DNA of 64,000 nt from contig OY762429.1 in NCBI GenBank assembly GCA_963665655.1, positions 2,224,503 through 2,288,502 on the forward strand. The letters are read 5' to 3'. Origin of the DNA: Terriglobia bacterium. GTDB taxonomy: Bacteria; Acidobacteriota; Terriglobia; Versatilivoradales; Versatilivoraceae. This document shows, piece by piece, positions 36,329-44,749 of this stretch; the first letter of the stretch is position 1, and each line of letters begins with the position of its first letter. The notes under the pieces are model-generated. The model was not told the origin of the DNA. It did no database searches and saw nothing but the letters and a program-made list of their open reading frames with translations. The position numbers were made by a program, and so were the translations under genes.

Positions 36329-36502
36329 CTTCCCTTCCTTTCCGTGGTGATCTGTCGACAAGCCAGTTGCTGCGAACGACCCGGTCCGAGTCCGCCGAAC
36401 TCACCGGGAACCGGCCTCCGGCCGCTCCGCGAAACAAACCCAAACCCGCCTTTCTCGCCTGGGACTGCACGCATCACAAGTGCGCAGCCCGGCCAGTGCG
36501 GG

Positions 36503-37279
36503 TTACCTCCCTTTTTGCAGAGACACCAACGCCGATTGGATGATATCGACCAGTTGACTTCGGGTCAACGTTATCCTTGGCTCGGACTCTTCCTTGCCCA
36601 GGGTGGGACACCCCTCCCCCACCGGCGAGGGGCCCTGGATCCCGTACTTTTCCCGGGCAACCAGGAGCTTGTCCACGTCTTCTCCGCTGAGCAGCGTTTC
36701 CCGACCCAGAACCTTGGTGGTGAGACTGATGCGGGCGAAGTGCTCCACCGTTTCCATCTTGGCGTGAGCCAGGAACAGATCGCTTCCGTAGGTGACCACG
36801 CCGTGGTTGGCCAGCAGCAAGGCGTCGTGACGGGGGACGTAGTCCCGAATGGCATCCGTCAGCTCGGAAGTCCCGGTGGTTCCGTAACGGGTGAGCGGGA
36901 TGCAGCCCAGGACCAGCACCACCTCGGCCAGGATGGCCTTGGTCAGGGGGACGCCGGCGGCAGCGTAACCGGTCGCGCAGGGGGGATGGGCGTGCACTAC
37001 CGCCTGAACGTCGGAACGCAGCCGATAGATCAGCAGGTGCATGGCGATTTCCGAGGAGACCTTGCGCTTGCCCTCCACGGCCCGCCCGTCGGGATCGACG
37101 ATGACCAGATCCTCCTCGGCCATGAAGCCCTTGCTCATGGCGGTGGGGGTGGCCAGCACGTTGCCGTCTTCCAGCCGTACGCTGATGTTGCCGTCAAAGG
37201 CCGCCACGTAGCCGAGCCGGTAGATGCGCCTGCCGATCTCGACAATGTCCTTGCGGTGTTGCTCCAGAGTCTTTGTCAT
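36503..37279 (-). CDS. Class II aldolase/adducin family protein (fuculose/rhamnulose-phosphate aldolase-like)
   Basis: N-terminus DIVEIGRRIYRLGYVAAFDGNISVRL, HAHPP and a C-terminal HGVVTYG motif typical of class II aldolases. 258 aa. Confidence 0.75.
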   Translation of the reverse strand: MTKTLEQHRKDIVEIGRRIYRLGYVAAFDGNISVRLEDGNVLATPTAMSKGFMAEEDLVIVDPDGRAVEGKRKVSSEIAMHLLIYRLRSDVQAVVHAHPPCATGYAAAGVPLTKAILAEVVLVLGCIPLTRYGTTGTSELTDAIRDYVPRHDALLLANHGVVTYGSDLFLAHAKMETVEHFARISLTTKVLGRETLLSGEDVDKLLVAREKYGIQGPSPVGEGCPTLGKEESEPRITLTRSQLVDIIQSALVSLQKGR

Positions 37280-37305
37280 CCGAGCCTTCCGCCGGGTGCG
37301 CTCGG

Positions 37306-37959
37306 TCAGGGTGGAGACGGGCCTTCGAGACCCGAGTCGGAAAGGAAGTAGGACAGGCTCTCGAAGGAGATGGCCAGATCCATGGTCTTGAGCTGAACCC
37401 CGGGTCGGGTGCTGGGACGCACCGGCGCAAAGTTGAGAATGGCGCTGATTCCGGCCTCTGTCAATCGGTCGACCACCTCCTGGGCGTTTTCGGCCGGCAC
37501 CGCTACCACCCCGATGACGATCCGCTCGCGGGCCACCACTTCATCGAGCTTGTCGATGTGGTGGACGACAACGCCGCTGCGGGAGGTGATTCCGAGTCGG
37601 GAGGCTTCCTTGTCGAACAGGGCCGCCACCTGAAAACATTCGTGCTCGAACCCCCGGTAGTTGGCCAGGGCCATCCCCAGATTGCCGGCGCCCACAATGC
37701 CGATCCTGTGCTGCCTGTCCAACCCAAGGATCTCGTTGAGATGTGCCCGCAGCTCGGTCACGTTGTAGCCGACGCCCCGCACCCCGAATTCGCCGAAATA
37801 GGTCAGGTCCTTGCGGATCTGCGCCGAGTTCAGTTGAAACTGTTCGGCCATGGCCTGGGAGGAAGTGGTGGTCACCCCGGATGCGGCCAGCAGATTCAGA
37901 CATCTGAGATAGATGGAGAGGCGGTTGATGGTGAATTCGGAGATTTTTTCTGTCTTCAT
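37306..37959 (-). CDS. rex: Redox-sensing transcriptional repressor Rex
   Basis: Winged-helix N-terminus (RLSIYLRCL...SQAMAEQFQLNSAQIRKDL) and Rossmann motif GIVGAGNLG. 217 aa. Confidence 0.8.
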   Translation of the reverse strand: MKTEKISEFTINRLSIYLRCLNLLAASGVTTTSSQAMAEQFQLNSAQIRKDLTYFGEFGVRGVGYNVTELRAHLNEILGLDRQHRIGIVGAGNLGMALANYRGFEHECFQVAALFDKEASRLGITSRSGVVVHHIDKLDEVVARERIVIGVVAVPAENAQEVVDRLTEAGISAILNFAPVRPSTRPGVQLKTMDLAISFESLSYFLSDSGLEGPSPP

Positions 37960-38330
37960 GCGCCGGGTTGGCTATAGTACTCTCAAGCCGGGGCGGGCAC
38001 CCTGTCGGGTCGGCCGAAAGTGCCGTTCAGTATACCATAGGGACAGTCGGCCTCCCCGTTCAGCCGACTGCGACCCAGGGCCATTCTTTGTTCGGTTTGC
38101 TAGGGTCTAGGAGGGCAGGAGCAGGGCGAAGCCTGCCAGTCATGCCCGGGAACAGCGGCTTTTTTTGACGGTTTCCTGCTCACGGGTGGCCCACTCCGGT
38201 GCCTTTCAGTCGACGTCGGTGAACAAAAAATGGCCTTGGACTGCGACCGGACCGAAAGGGGAGCCGGGAGTATTCCAGGGCCGGGACTCGGGCATCAGCC
38301 GGCCGATGCCTGCCAAACGGATGCAGCCGC

Positions 38331-39287
38331 ATGAAAGACCATTTCGTCAGCGATCTTGAACCCAACCAGAACATCACCACCACCTTTCTGGTGAAGGACA
38401 AGGAAGTCCGCACCGCCAAGAACGGCAACTCCTACCTCTCTTTGACCTTGGGCGACAAGAGCGGGAGCCTGGACGCCAAGATGTGGGACAACGTGGCTGA
38501 GGTGGAGCCCACTTTCGGCAGGGACGACTTCGTCAAGGTGAAGGGCCAGGTCCGGCTCTTCAACAACAGGCAGCAGCTCACCATTCATCGGATCCGGCGC
38601 TGCCAGGAATCGGAGGTCGACCTGGGGGACTATCTTCCCAGGACGACCAGGGACGTGGAGCGGATGTTCGGAGACCTGCTCGCTCTGGTGAGCCGGATCG
38701 GGAATCCCCACCTTGGGAAGCTTCTGGAAAATCTCTTGAACGACTCGGAGTTCGCCGCCAGGTTCAAACAGGCGCCCGCCGCCAAGTCCCTCCATCACGC
38801 CTGGCTGGGCGGCCTGCTCGAACACACGCTGTCGTTGTGCCGGCTCTGCCAGGGGATGGCCGAACACTATCCGGAACTCGACCTGGACCTGCTGTTGACC
38901 GGAGCCGTCCTTCACGATATCGGCAAGACGGAAGAGTTGAGCTACAGCCGCAGTTTTGCCTACACCACCGAGGGCCAACTGCTCGGCCACATGATCCTGG
39001 AACTGGACCTCATCAATCGGAAGATGGCTGAAATCGAGGATTTTCCTCCCAGGCTGAAGACCCTGGTCCAACACCTGATCATCTCCCACCACGGCGAATA
39101 CGAGTTCGGCAGCCCCAAGCTCCCCATGTTCCCCGAGTCGCTGGTGCTCCATTACCTGGACAACCTGGACAGCAAGCTGACCTCCATGCTGGATCTGATT
39201 GCCGGCGACACCAGCGCCGACCCGGAGTGGACCGCCTATAATCGAATGTTCGAACGCCCCCTCTTCAAAGACTCGAAAATTAAATGA
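38331..39287 (+). CDS. OB-fold plus HD-domain phosphohydrolase (YhaM/Cbf1-like 3-prime-5-prime exonuclease family)
   Basis: N-terminal OB-fold (TTFLVKDKEVRTAKNGNSYLSLTLGDKSG) followed by HD motifs (HHAWLGGLLEHT; VLHDIGK). Confidence 0.6.
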   Translation: MKDHFVSDLEPNQNITTTFLVKDKEVRTAKNGNSYLSLTLGDKSGSLDAKMWDNVAEVEPTFGRDDFVKVKGQVRLFNNRQQLTIHRIRRCQESEVDLGDYLPRTTRDVERMFGDLLALVSRIGNPHLGKLLENLLNDSEFAARFKQAPAAKSLHHAWLGGLLEHTLSLCRLCQGMAEHYPELDLDLLLTGAVLHDIGKTEELSYSRSFAYTTEGQLLGHMILELDLINRKMAEIEDFPPRLKTLVQHLIISHHGEYEFGSPKLPMFPESLVLHYLDNLDSKLTSMLDLIAGDTSADPEWTAYNRMFERPLFKDSKIK

Positions 39288-39742
39288 ACCGCCCAGACAA
39301 GACGACTCAAGCCACCGCCGGGGCCGGGCGCGTTTCGGCCGATGAAGGCTCACCGGCATCGGCAAGGCTCACCGCGGCCGAGCTGAAATGCATGAAGGCC
39401 CTCTGGTTCGAGGGAGCCACAACCGTGCGCGACGTCCATCGGGTCCTCCAGCCCGACCATCCCCTGGCCTACACCACCGTCCTGACGGTCATGGACCGAT
39501 TGACCCGGAAGGGCTTCCTGGCTCGAACCCGGCGGGGCAGAGCCCACACCTATCTCCCCCGATGCTCCTTCGAAGAATCGCGCAGCCGGGCGGTTTCGGA
39601 ACTGGTCCAGACCTGGTTCGACGGATCGGCCGACCAACTGGCGGCTTCTCTCACCGGTGCTCCGCCGCAAGCCGTGCCCGTCCTTTCCCGACCGAACGAA
39701 AAGGTCGAGCCGGGGCCTCAATTGAACGAACACCTGCTTTAG
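39284..39742 (+). CDS. BlaI/MecI/CopY family transcriptional repressor
   Basis: LTAAELKCMKALWFEGATTVRDVHRVL...YTTVLTVMDRLTRKGFL winged-helix penicillinase-repressor pattern. ATGA overlap with the upstream HD-domain gene. Confidence 0.65.
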   Translation: MNRPDKTTQATAGAGRVSADEGSPASARLTAAELKCMKALWFEGATTVRDVHRVLQPDHPLAYTTVLTVMDRLTRKGFLARTRRGRAHTYLPRCSFEESRSRAVSELVQTWFDGSADQLAASLTGAPPQAVPVLSRPNEKVEPGPQLNEHLL

Positions 39743-39755
39743 CCAATCTTCCGGG

Positions 39756-40814
39756 ATGCACCGTTCCGACTTCGAATACCCGCTGCCCAGCGACCGGATT
39801 GCTCTCTACCCCTCCGAAAAGCGCGACCGGTCCCGCCTCCTGCGGCTGGTTCGAGCTACCGGTCGGATCTCCCACCACCGATTCGCCGAACTGCCTGAGC
39901 TGCTGACCCCCCGCGACCTGCTGGTTTTGAACGACACCAAGGTCTTCCCGGCCCGTCTGATCGGAAACCGAGCCGGACTGACCAGCGACAAGCCACCCCC
40001 GGGAGGAATCCTGAAAGCGCCCATCGAGGTGCTCCTGGCAAGGCCCGTGGGACCGGATACCTGGGAAGCGCTGGTAAAGCCGGGCCGCAGGATTCGGGTT
40101 GGCGAGCGCCTGCTGTTCGGCGACGGCCAACTGAGGGCGGTGGTTGCGGGGCGGGGCGAACGGGGCTTGCGGGTGCTTCGCTTCGAATACGAGGGCGACT
40201 TCGACACCATCGTGGACCGGCTGGGCCACGTCCCCCTGCCCCCCTATATCCGCCGGCCCGACGAGTTCCACGACCGTGACCGCTACCAGACCGTGTACGC
40301 CCGCAAGCGGGGCGCCGTGGCGGCCCCGACGGCCGGGCTGCACTTTACCCCCCAGGTCTTTACCGATTTGAGCCGCAAGGGAGTTTCCCGCTGCGAGGTG
40401 ACGCTGCACGTCGGTCTGGGCACCTTCCGGCCGGTGGTCAGCGAGCGCATCGAGGACCACCGCATGGAGACCGAGTCCTTTGAGATGACCCCGGAGGCCG
40501 CCCGCGCCATCTCCACAGCCGGTTCCGCCGGGCAGCGCATGGTGGCCGTGGGCACCACCGTGACTCGTGTTCTGGAATCGGCCTTCCGGGGAGCGGAGCC
40601 CCAGCTTCGCGGGGAAACCGACCTGTTCATCTATCCCGGCTTCCGCTTTCGCAGGGTGGGAGCCTTGCTGACCAACTTCCACCTGCCCGGCTCCACCTTG
40701 CTCATGCTGGTGTGCGCCTTCGCCGGACGCGCCCTGGTACTAGAGGCCTACCGGGAAGCCCTCAAGATGGACTACCGCTTTTACAGCTACGGCGACTGCA
40801 TGCTGATCGAGTGA
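39756..40814 (+). CDS. queA: S-adenosylmethionine:tRNA ribosyltransferase-isomerase
   Basis: N-terminus SDFEYPLPSDRIALYP, VAAPTAGLHFT and a C-terminal YRFYSYGDCMLI match QueA. 352 aa. Confidence 0.85.
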   Translation: MHRSDFEYPLPSDRIALYPSEKRDRSRLLRLVRATGRISHHRFAELPELLTPRDLLVLNDTKVFPARLIGNRAGLTSDKPPPGGILKAPIEVLLARPVGPDTWEALVKPGRRIRVGERLLFGDGQLRAVVAGRGERGLRVLRFEYEGDFDTIVDRLGHVPLPPYIRRPDEFHDRDRYQTVYARKRGAVAAPTAGLHFTPQVFTDLSRKGVSRCEVTLHVGLGTFRPVVSERIEDHRMETESFEMTPEAARAISTAGSAGQRMVAVGTTVTRVLESAFRGAEPQLRGETDLFIYPGFRFRRVGALLTNFHLPGSTLLMLVCAFAGRALVLEAYREALKMDYRFYSYGDCMLIE

Positions 40815-40841
40815 AGGCGGGGGAGGCGGGCCAGACCCGCT

Positions 40842-42596
40842 TCAGAGGTTCACGTAGTTGGGACCGCCGCCGCCCTCGGGAGGCACCCAAGTGATCACCT
40901 GGTAGGGATCCATGATGTCGCAGGTCTTGCAGTGGACGCAGTTGGAGGGATTGATCTGGAGTCGGCGGCCCCTGCCGTCCTCGCGGGAAACGACCTCGTA
41001 CACGTTGGCCGGACAGAAACGCTGGCAGGGGCTTCCGAACTCCTGAGGGCACCGGTCCCGGCAGATCCCGGGGTCGCTGATTCGCAGGTGGGAGGGTTGG
41101 TCTTCCTCGTGCCTGGTGCCCGAATAATAGACGTTGGTGAGCTTGTCGAAGGTGGTCTTGCCGTCAGCCTGCAGCGGACTCGGAGGAACCGCGCCGGGGC
41201 CGTGGTAGGCGGCAATGGACCGCATTCGCCGGTGGCCGGGCCGACTCGGGAGCGGGTCTTTCCAGCCCCGTCCTCCGGTCGCCATCTGGAGCCCCGCCTG
41301 GAGCAGCCCCCAAACCAGGCCGCGCTCGAACCCCTGGTGGAAATTGCGCACCCGGTAAAGCTCCCGCCCCGCCCAGCTCCTGTCGAGCAGCAGGGGGTAA
41401 CGGCTCAGTGTCCGTTCCGAAAAGTCATCCCTGAGCAGGGCCTCCAGAATGGTCTCGGCAGCCAGCATGCCCGACTTCATGGCCAGGTGGATGCCCTTGA
41501 GCCGCATGGAATTCACCAGGCCCGCCGAATCGCCGATGAGCAGCCCGCCGTCGAAATGGCTCCGCGGCATGGCGTAATGGCCGCCCTCCGGCAAGGCCTT
41601 GGCCCCGTAGGCGGCCAGCCGGGCTCCCGCCAGCCGGGAGGCGATCACAGGATGGGTCTTGAAGCGCTGGAACTGCCGGTGCGGGTCCAGGAACGGGTCC
41701 TTGTAGTCCAATCCGACCACCAGGCCCAGTGAGACGGTGCGGCCCATGTGGTAAAGGAACCCTCCCCCGAATTCCTCCTGTCGGAGCGGGTAGCCCAGGG
41801 TGTGGATCACCTGCCCCCTTTCCGGGGACTCCTCGGGGAGTTCCCAGACCTCCTTCACGCCGACGGCATAGACCTGGGGGGCCTTGCCCCGGTCCAGCCC
41901 GAGGCGCTTCACCGCTTGCCCGGCCAGCGAACCGTGGACCCCTTCCCCCAGGACCACCACCTTGGCCAGGATGTCGACACCGGGTTCCCGGGAGGACTTG
42001 GGCCGGTTTTCCCGGTCGATGCCCTTGTCTCCGGTGCGCACTCCGATCAGGCGCTCGCCCTCGAACAGCAGCTCCGTCCCGGCGAACCCGGCGAAGAGGT
42101 CGACCCCTCGGGCTTCCACCAGTTCCCCCAGCCACCTGACGAACCGGCTGAGCGAAATCAGGCTGTTGCCGTGGTTGTTGAGCGCAGGAGGCACCCAGGG
42201 AAGCCTGAACCGGTTCCCCGCGGTGAGGTAGTAGATGGAGTCCCCGGTGACCGCCGGACCCAGAGGCGCATTTCGTTCCCGATAGTCGGGGATCAGCTCG
42301 GCCAGCGCGATGGGGTCCAGGATGGCCCCCGACAGGGTGTGGGCTCCCACTTCCCGGCCCTTCTCGATGAGAGCGATGCTGACCGATTCCAGCCGCTCGC
42401 CGGGAGGGGACTTCCGGTTGTGGGACCGGATCAGATTGGTGAGGTGGAGAGCGGAACTCAGACAGGCGGGGCCGGCCCCAACGAAGAGGACGTCGACCTC
42501 CAAACGCTCGCGGGTCTCACTCACGCTGGATCCCTTCTCCCGTCCTGGAATCGACTTGCAGACCGATGGCCTGACTATAGCACACGGCCGGAGCAC
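40842..42596 (-). CDS. Electron-transfer flavoprotein:ubiquinone oxidoreductase (ETF-QO)
   Basis: FAD-binding N-terminus DVLFVGAGPACLSSAL and a C-terminal 4Fe-4S motif CPANVYE...CVHCKTCDI. 584 aa. Confidence 0.75.
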   Translation of the reverse strand: MLRPCAIVRPSVCKSIPGREKGSSVSETRERLEVDVLFVGAGPACLSSALHLTNLIRSHNRKSPPGERLESVSIALIEKGREVGAHTLSGAILDPIALAELIPDYRERNAPLGPAVTGDSIYYLTAGNRFRLPWVPPALNNHGNSLISLSRFVRWLGELVEARGVDLFAGFAGTELLFEGERLIGVRTGDKGIDRENRPKSSREPGVDILAKVVVLGEGVHGSLAGQAVKRLGLDRGKAPQVYAVGVKEVWELPEESPERGQVIHTLGYPLRQEEFGGGFLYHMGRTVSLGLVVGLDYKDPFLDPHRQFQRFKTHPVIASRLAGARLAAYGAKALPEGGHYAMPRSHFDGGLLIGDSAGLVNSMRLKGIHLAMKSGMLAAETILEALLRDDFSERTLSRYPLLLDRSWAGRELYRVRNFHQGFERGLVWGLLQAGLQMATGGRGWKDPLPSRPGHRRMRSIAAYHGPGAVPPSPLQADGKTTFDKLTNVYYSGTRHEEDQPSHLRISDPGICRDRCPQEFGSPCQRFCPANVYEVVSREDGRGRRLQINPSNCVHCKTCDIMDPYQVITWVPPEGGGGPNYVNL

Positions 42597-42806
42597 TGTT
42601 GCCGGGCGCCCCTGGAGAGGATGACGCCGCGCCTGGACCAGAGCGGTGGCGAGGTCGGCTGCCGTCAGACGGCCCTCCCTTGAAAATCCGCCCGCCCCGA
42701 GACTACTATGCCGATACCATCACGGCGTCAGGCATGCGACCGGGAAGCGAGTTCCCTTAATGTTTCTGGTTCCTGCTGATGACCGCTTCACGGATGAGTA
42801 TCCCGT

Positions 42807-44198
42807 TCACAGTGGTTTTCTCTCCATTTGATACAGCATCCTTTCCGTTTGTCTGATCTTGCTGACCGCTCTGATTTCGAAATAGCGGCTGAAGGCCTGC
42901 TCGAAGACCTCCTGGGTGTAGCTGGGAAAGATGTCCTCCCTCGAAGCCAGCAACCGTTGCACCTGCGAGTCGGCCTTGGGGACGAACTCAATGATCAGTG
43001 AGCGGCACAGTTCACCGAAAAAGCCGGCCAGACGGGATAGAGGCAGGTTGTTCGCAATGGCCAGATGGTGAATCAGAGCCAGGGCCAGGACAGCGTCCGG
43101 GGAGCCTCGCTCCAACAGGGACATTCGTTCACGGCCATGCCAACCCAGGTTGGGGCTCGGATTGGTCAAGTCGACCCAAAGGGGCAGGATGTTGGTATCC
43201 CCTTCCTGCCGGCAGACCCGGTAGTTCCGCTCAACGCAGGCGGGGTCCTGATCGAAGGCGATAGTGGTCATCCCGCGGCTCGCGGCCAGGCGACTGAACA
43301 GCCCCGTGTTGGCGCCCAGATCCCAAACCATGTCGGGTTTGGGGGTGATTCGGTCCAGATACCGGCCCACCAGTTGCTCCTTGTGGCCAAAGGCTTCTCT
43401 GGTGTAATTGGTGTCTTCATAGTAGGAGGCCCATTCCTGTTGGGGCGGCTTCCAATCGAGCGCCGCCACGCAGGATTCCAGGTTCTCGATCAAGCCCTGC
43501 AACGCCCTGCGGCTGACGGACCGGCGGACCTGGCGCGCCGGCTTGTCGGCAAAGTGCGTCTGGGCCTTGGCGTGAAGATGAAGGTGGGTCAGCAGGGAAA
43601 ACCGGAATCGGGTGTGAAAGGGTAGCAGTCGACTGGCCAGGTCCAAGGGAACACCGTCCAGGTGAATCCGGAGCAACTGGCTGAGTCGAATATCGGAATA
43701 GCTTGCCAGAGCCAGGGGCGCCAGGAAATGCTGGCAGAATTGGCGATAGGCTGTCCAGGGCCGGCCTTCCGAGTACTTTTCAAAGGACAAGGTATCGATA
43801 AACAGGGGTTTCCCATTGCGGAACTGGATATTGTAGGCGGTGCCGTCCTTGAGGGACATGCCATGTTCCAGGCTTCGCTTCTGGATCGCCAGCGTGGTCA
43901 GGGCGGCATCCTGGAGCTGGCTGAAGCTCCACTCGAAGGGATAGGAAATGAAGGGTAACCGATCCGGCCTGAGAATCTTGAAACATTCCAGCGGCTCCGC
44001 TGGTGGCAAGTCCACTTCTTCATGAGCCACCAGGAGCCCTGTATCGACCAGGCTCGAACAGAGCCCCGAGTCCACCAAGTGCTCAAAATCTTCCCGATAG
44101 CTGCGATTGACCTGGCGGTAGAGCACACCCCGATCGAGAAACAGAAATCCGCTGGGGTCGCGAAAGGAGGAAGGCAGACCCTCGATCGAATCATTCAT
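42807..44198 (-). CDS. Putative class I SAM-dependent methyltransferase
   Basis: C-terminal motif I-like VWDLGANTGLFSRLAASRG and a following acidic motif IAFDQD. The N-terminal FRDPSGF region is of unknown function. Confidence 0.5.
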   Translation of the reverse strand: MNDSIEGLPSSFRDPSGFLFLDRGVLYRQVNRSYREDFEHLVDSGLCSSLVDTGLLVAHEEVDLPPAEPLECFKILRPDRLPFISYPFEWSFSQLQDAALTTLAIQKRSLEHGMSLKDGTAYNIQFRNGKPLFIDTLSFEKYSEGRPWTAYRQFCQHFLAPLALASYSDIRLSQLLRIHLDGVPLDLASRLLPFHTRFRFSLLTHLHLHAKAQTHFADKPARQVRRSVSRRALQGLIENLESCVAALDWKPPQQEWASYYEDTNYTREAFGHKEQLVGRYLDRITPKPDMVWDLGANTGLFSRLAASRGMTTIAFDQDPACVERNYRVCRQEGDTNILPLWVDLTNPSPNLGWHGRERMSLLERGSPDAVLALALIHHLAIANNLPLSRLAGFFGELCRSLIIEFVPKADSQVQRLLASREDIFPSYTQEVFEQAFSRYFEIRAVSKIRQTERMLYQMERKPL

Positions 44199-44541
44199 GC
44201 TTGTCCGGATCGTTTCCGCCGAATGGCGGGTTTCCCTTGAAGAAGGCCTTGATCCTTGCCCAATAGATCCTGAGGGAAACCAGGGCTCCCAACAGGCCCG
44301 CGATCACAACCTGAAGAATGTAGCTGCCGGCCCCGGGGTCGATGTAGGCGTAGGTGGGCGGCGGGAAGAGAAGCCAGCAAAAGCCCAGCAGCACACACCA
44401 CGCCAGGCGCGGCCGGAAGGATGGCCGCCCCGGCCGGGGCGGGCCGAACGGGTTGGCCGCAACTCCATTGGACATCCCGGAAGTTCGACCCGCCATCCCG
44501 GAACTCGGCCTCAACGGCAACTGGTTCGATCGGCTCATCAT
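44191..44541 (-). CDS. Small membrane protein (116 aa)
   Basis: Two hydrophobic segments (CVLLGFCWLLF; ILQVVIAGLLGALVSL) and 8-nt overlap with the downstream methyltransferase gene. Confidence 0.4.
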   Translation of the reverse strand: MMSRSNQLPLRPSSGMAGRTSGMSNGVAANPFGPPRPGRPSFRPRLAWCVLLGFCWLLFPPPTYAYIDPGAGSYILQVVIAGLLGALVSLRIYWARIKAFFKGNPPFGGNDPDKHE

Positions 44542-44749
44542 CGAGACCCTTCCCTGAAATCAAGTCGGTCGGGCTTCCTGGTGGCATTCCTTACCCACCA
44601 ACCTTGCGTAGGGGTAGATTATATGATTGTCTGATTTCCTCCCAAGCAGGAAAAACCGGTTCTTTCTTGAGCTTTTTTTGTATTTGTGTCCATTCGTGGT
44701 TCGCCGTTCATGCGCGTGCCGTCCGGATGGATCGCCCAAGCACGCAAAG

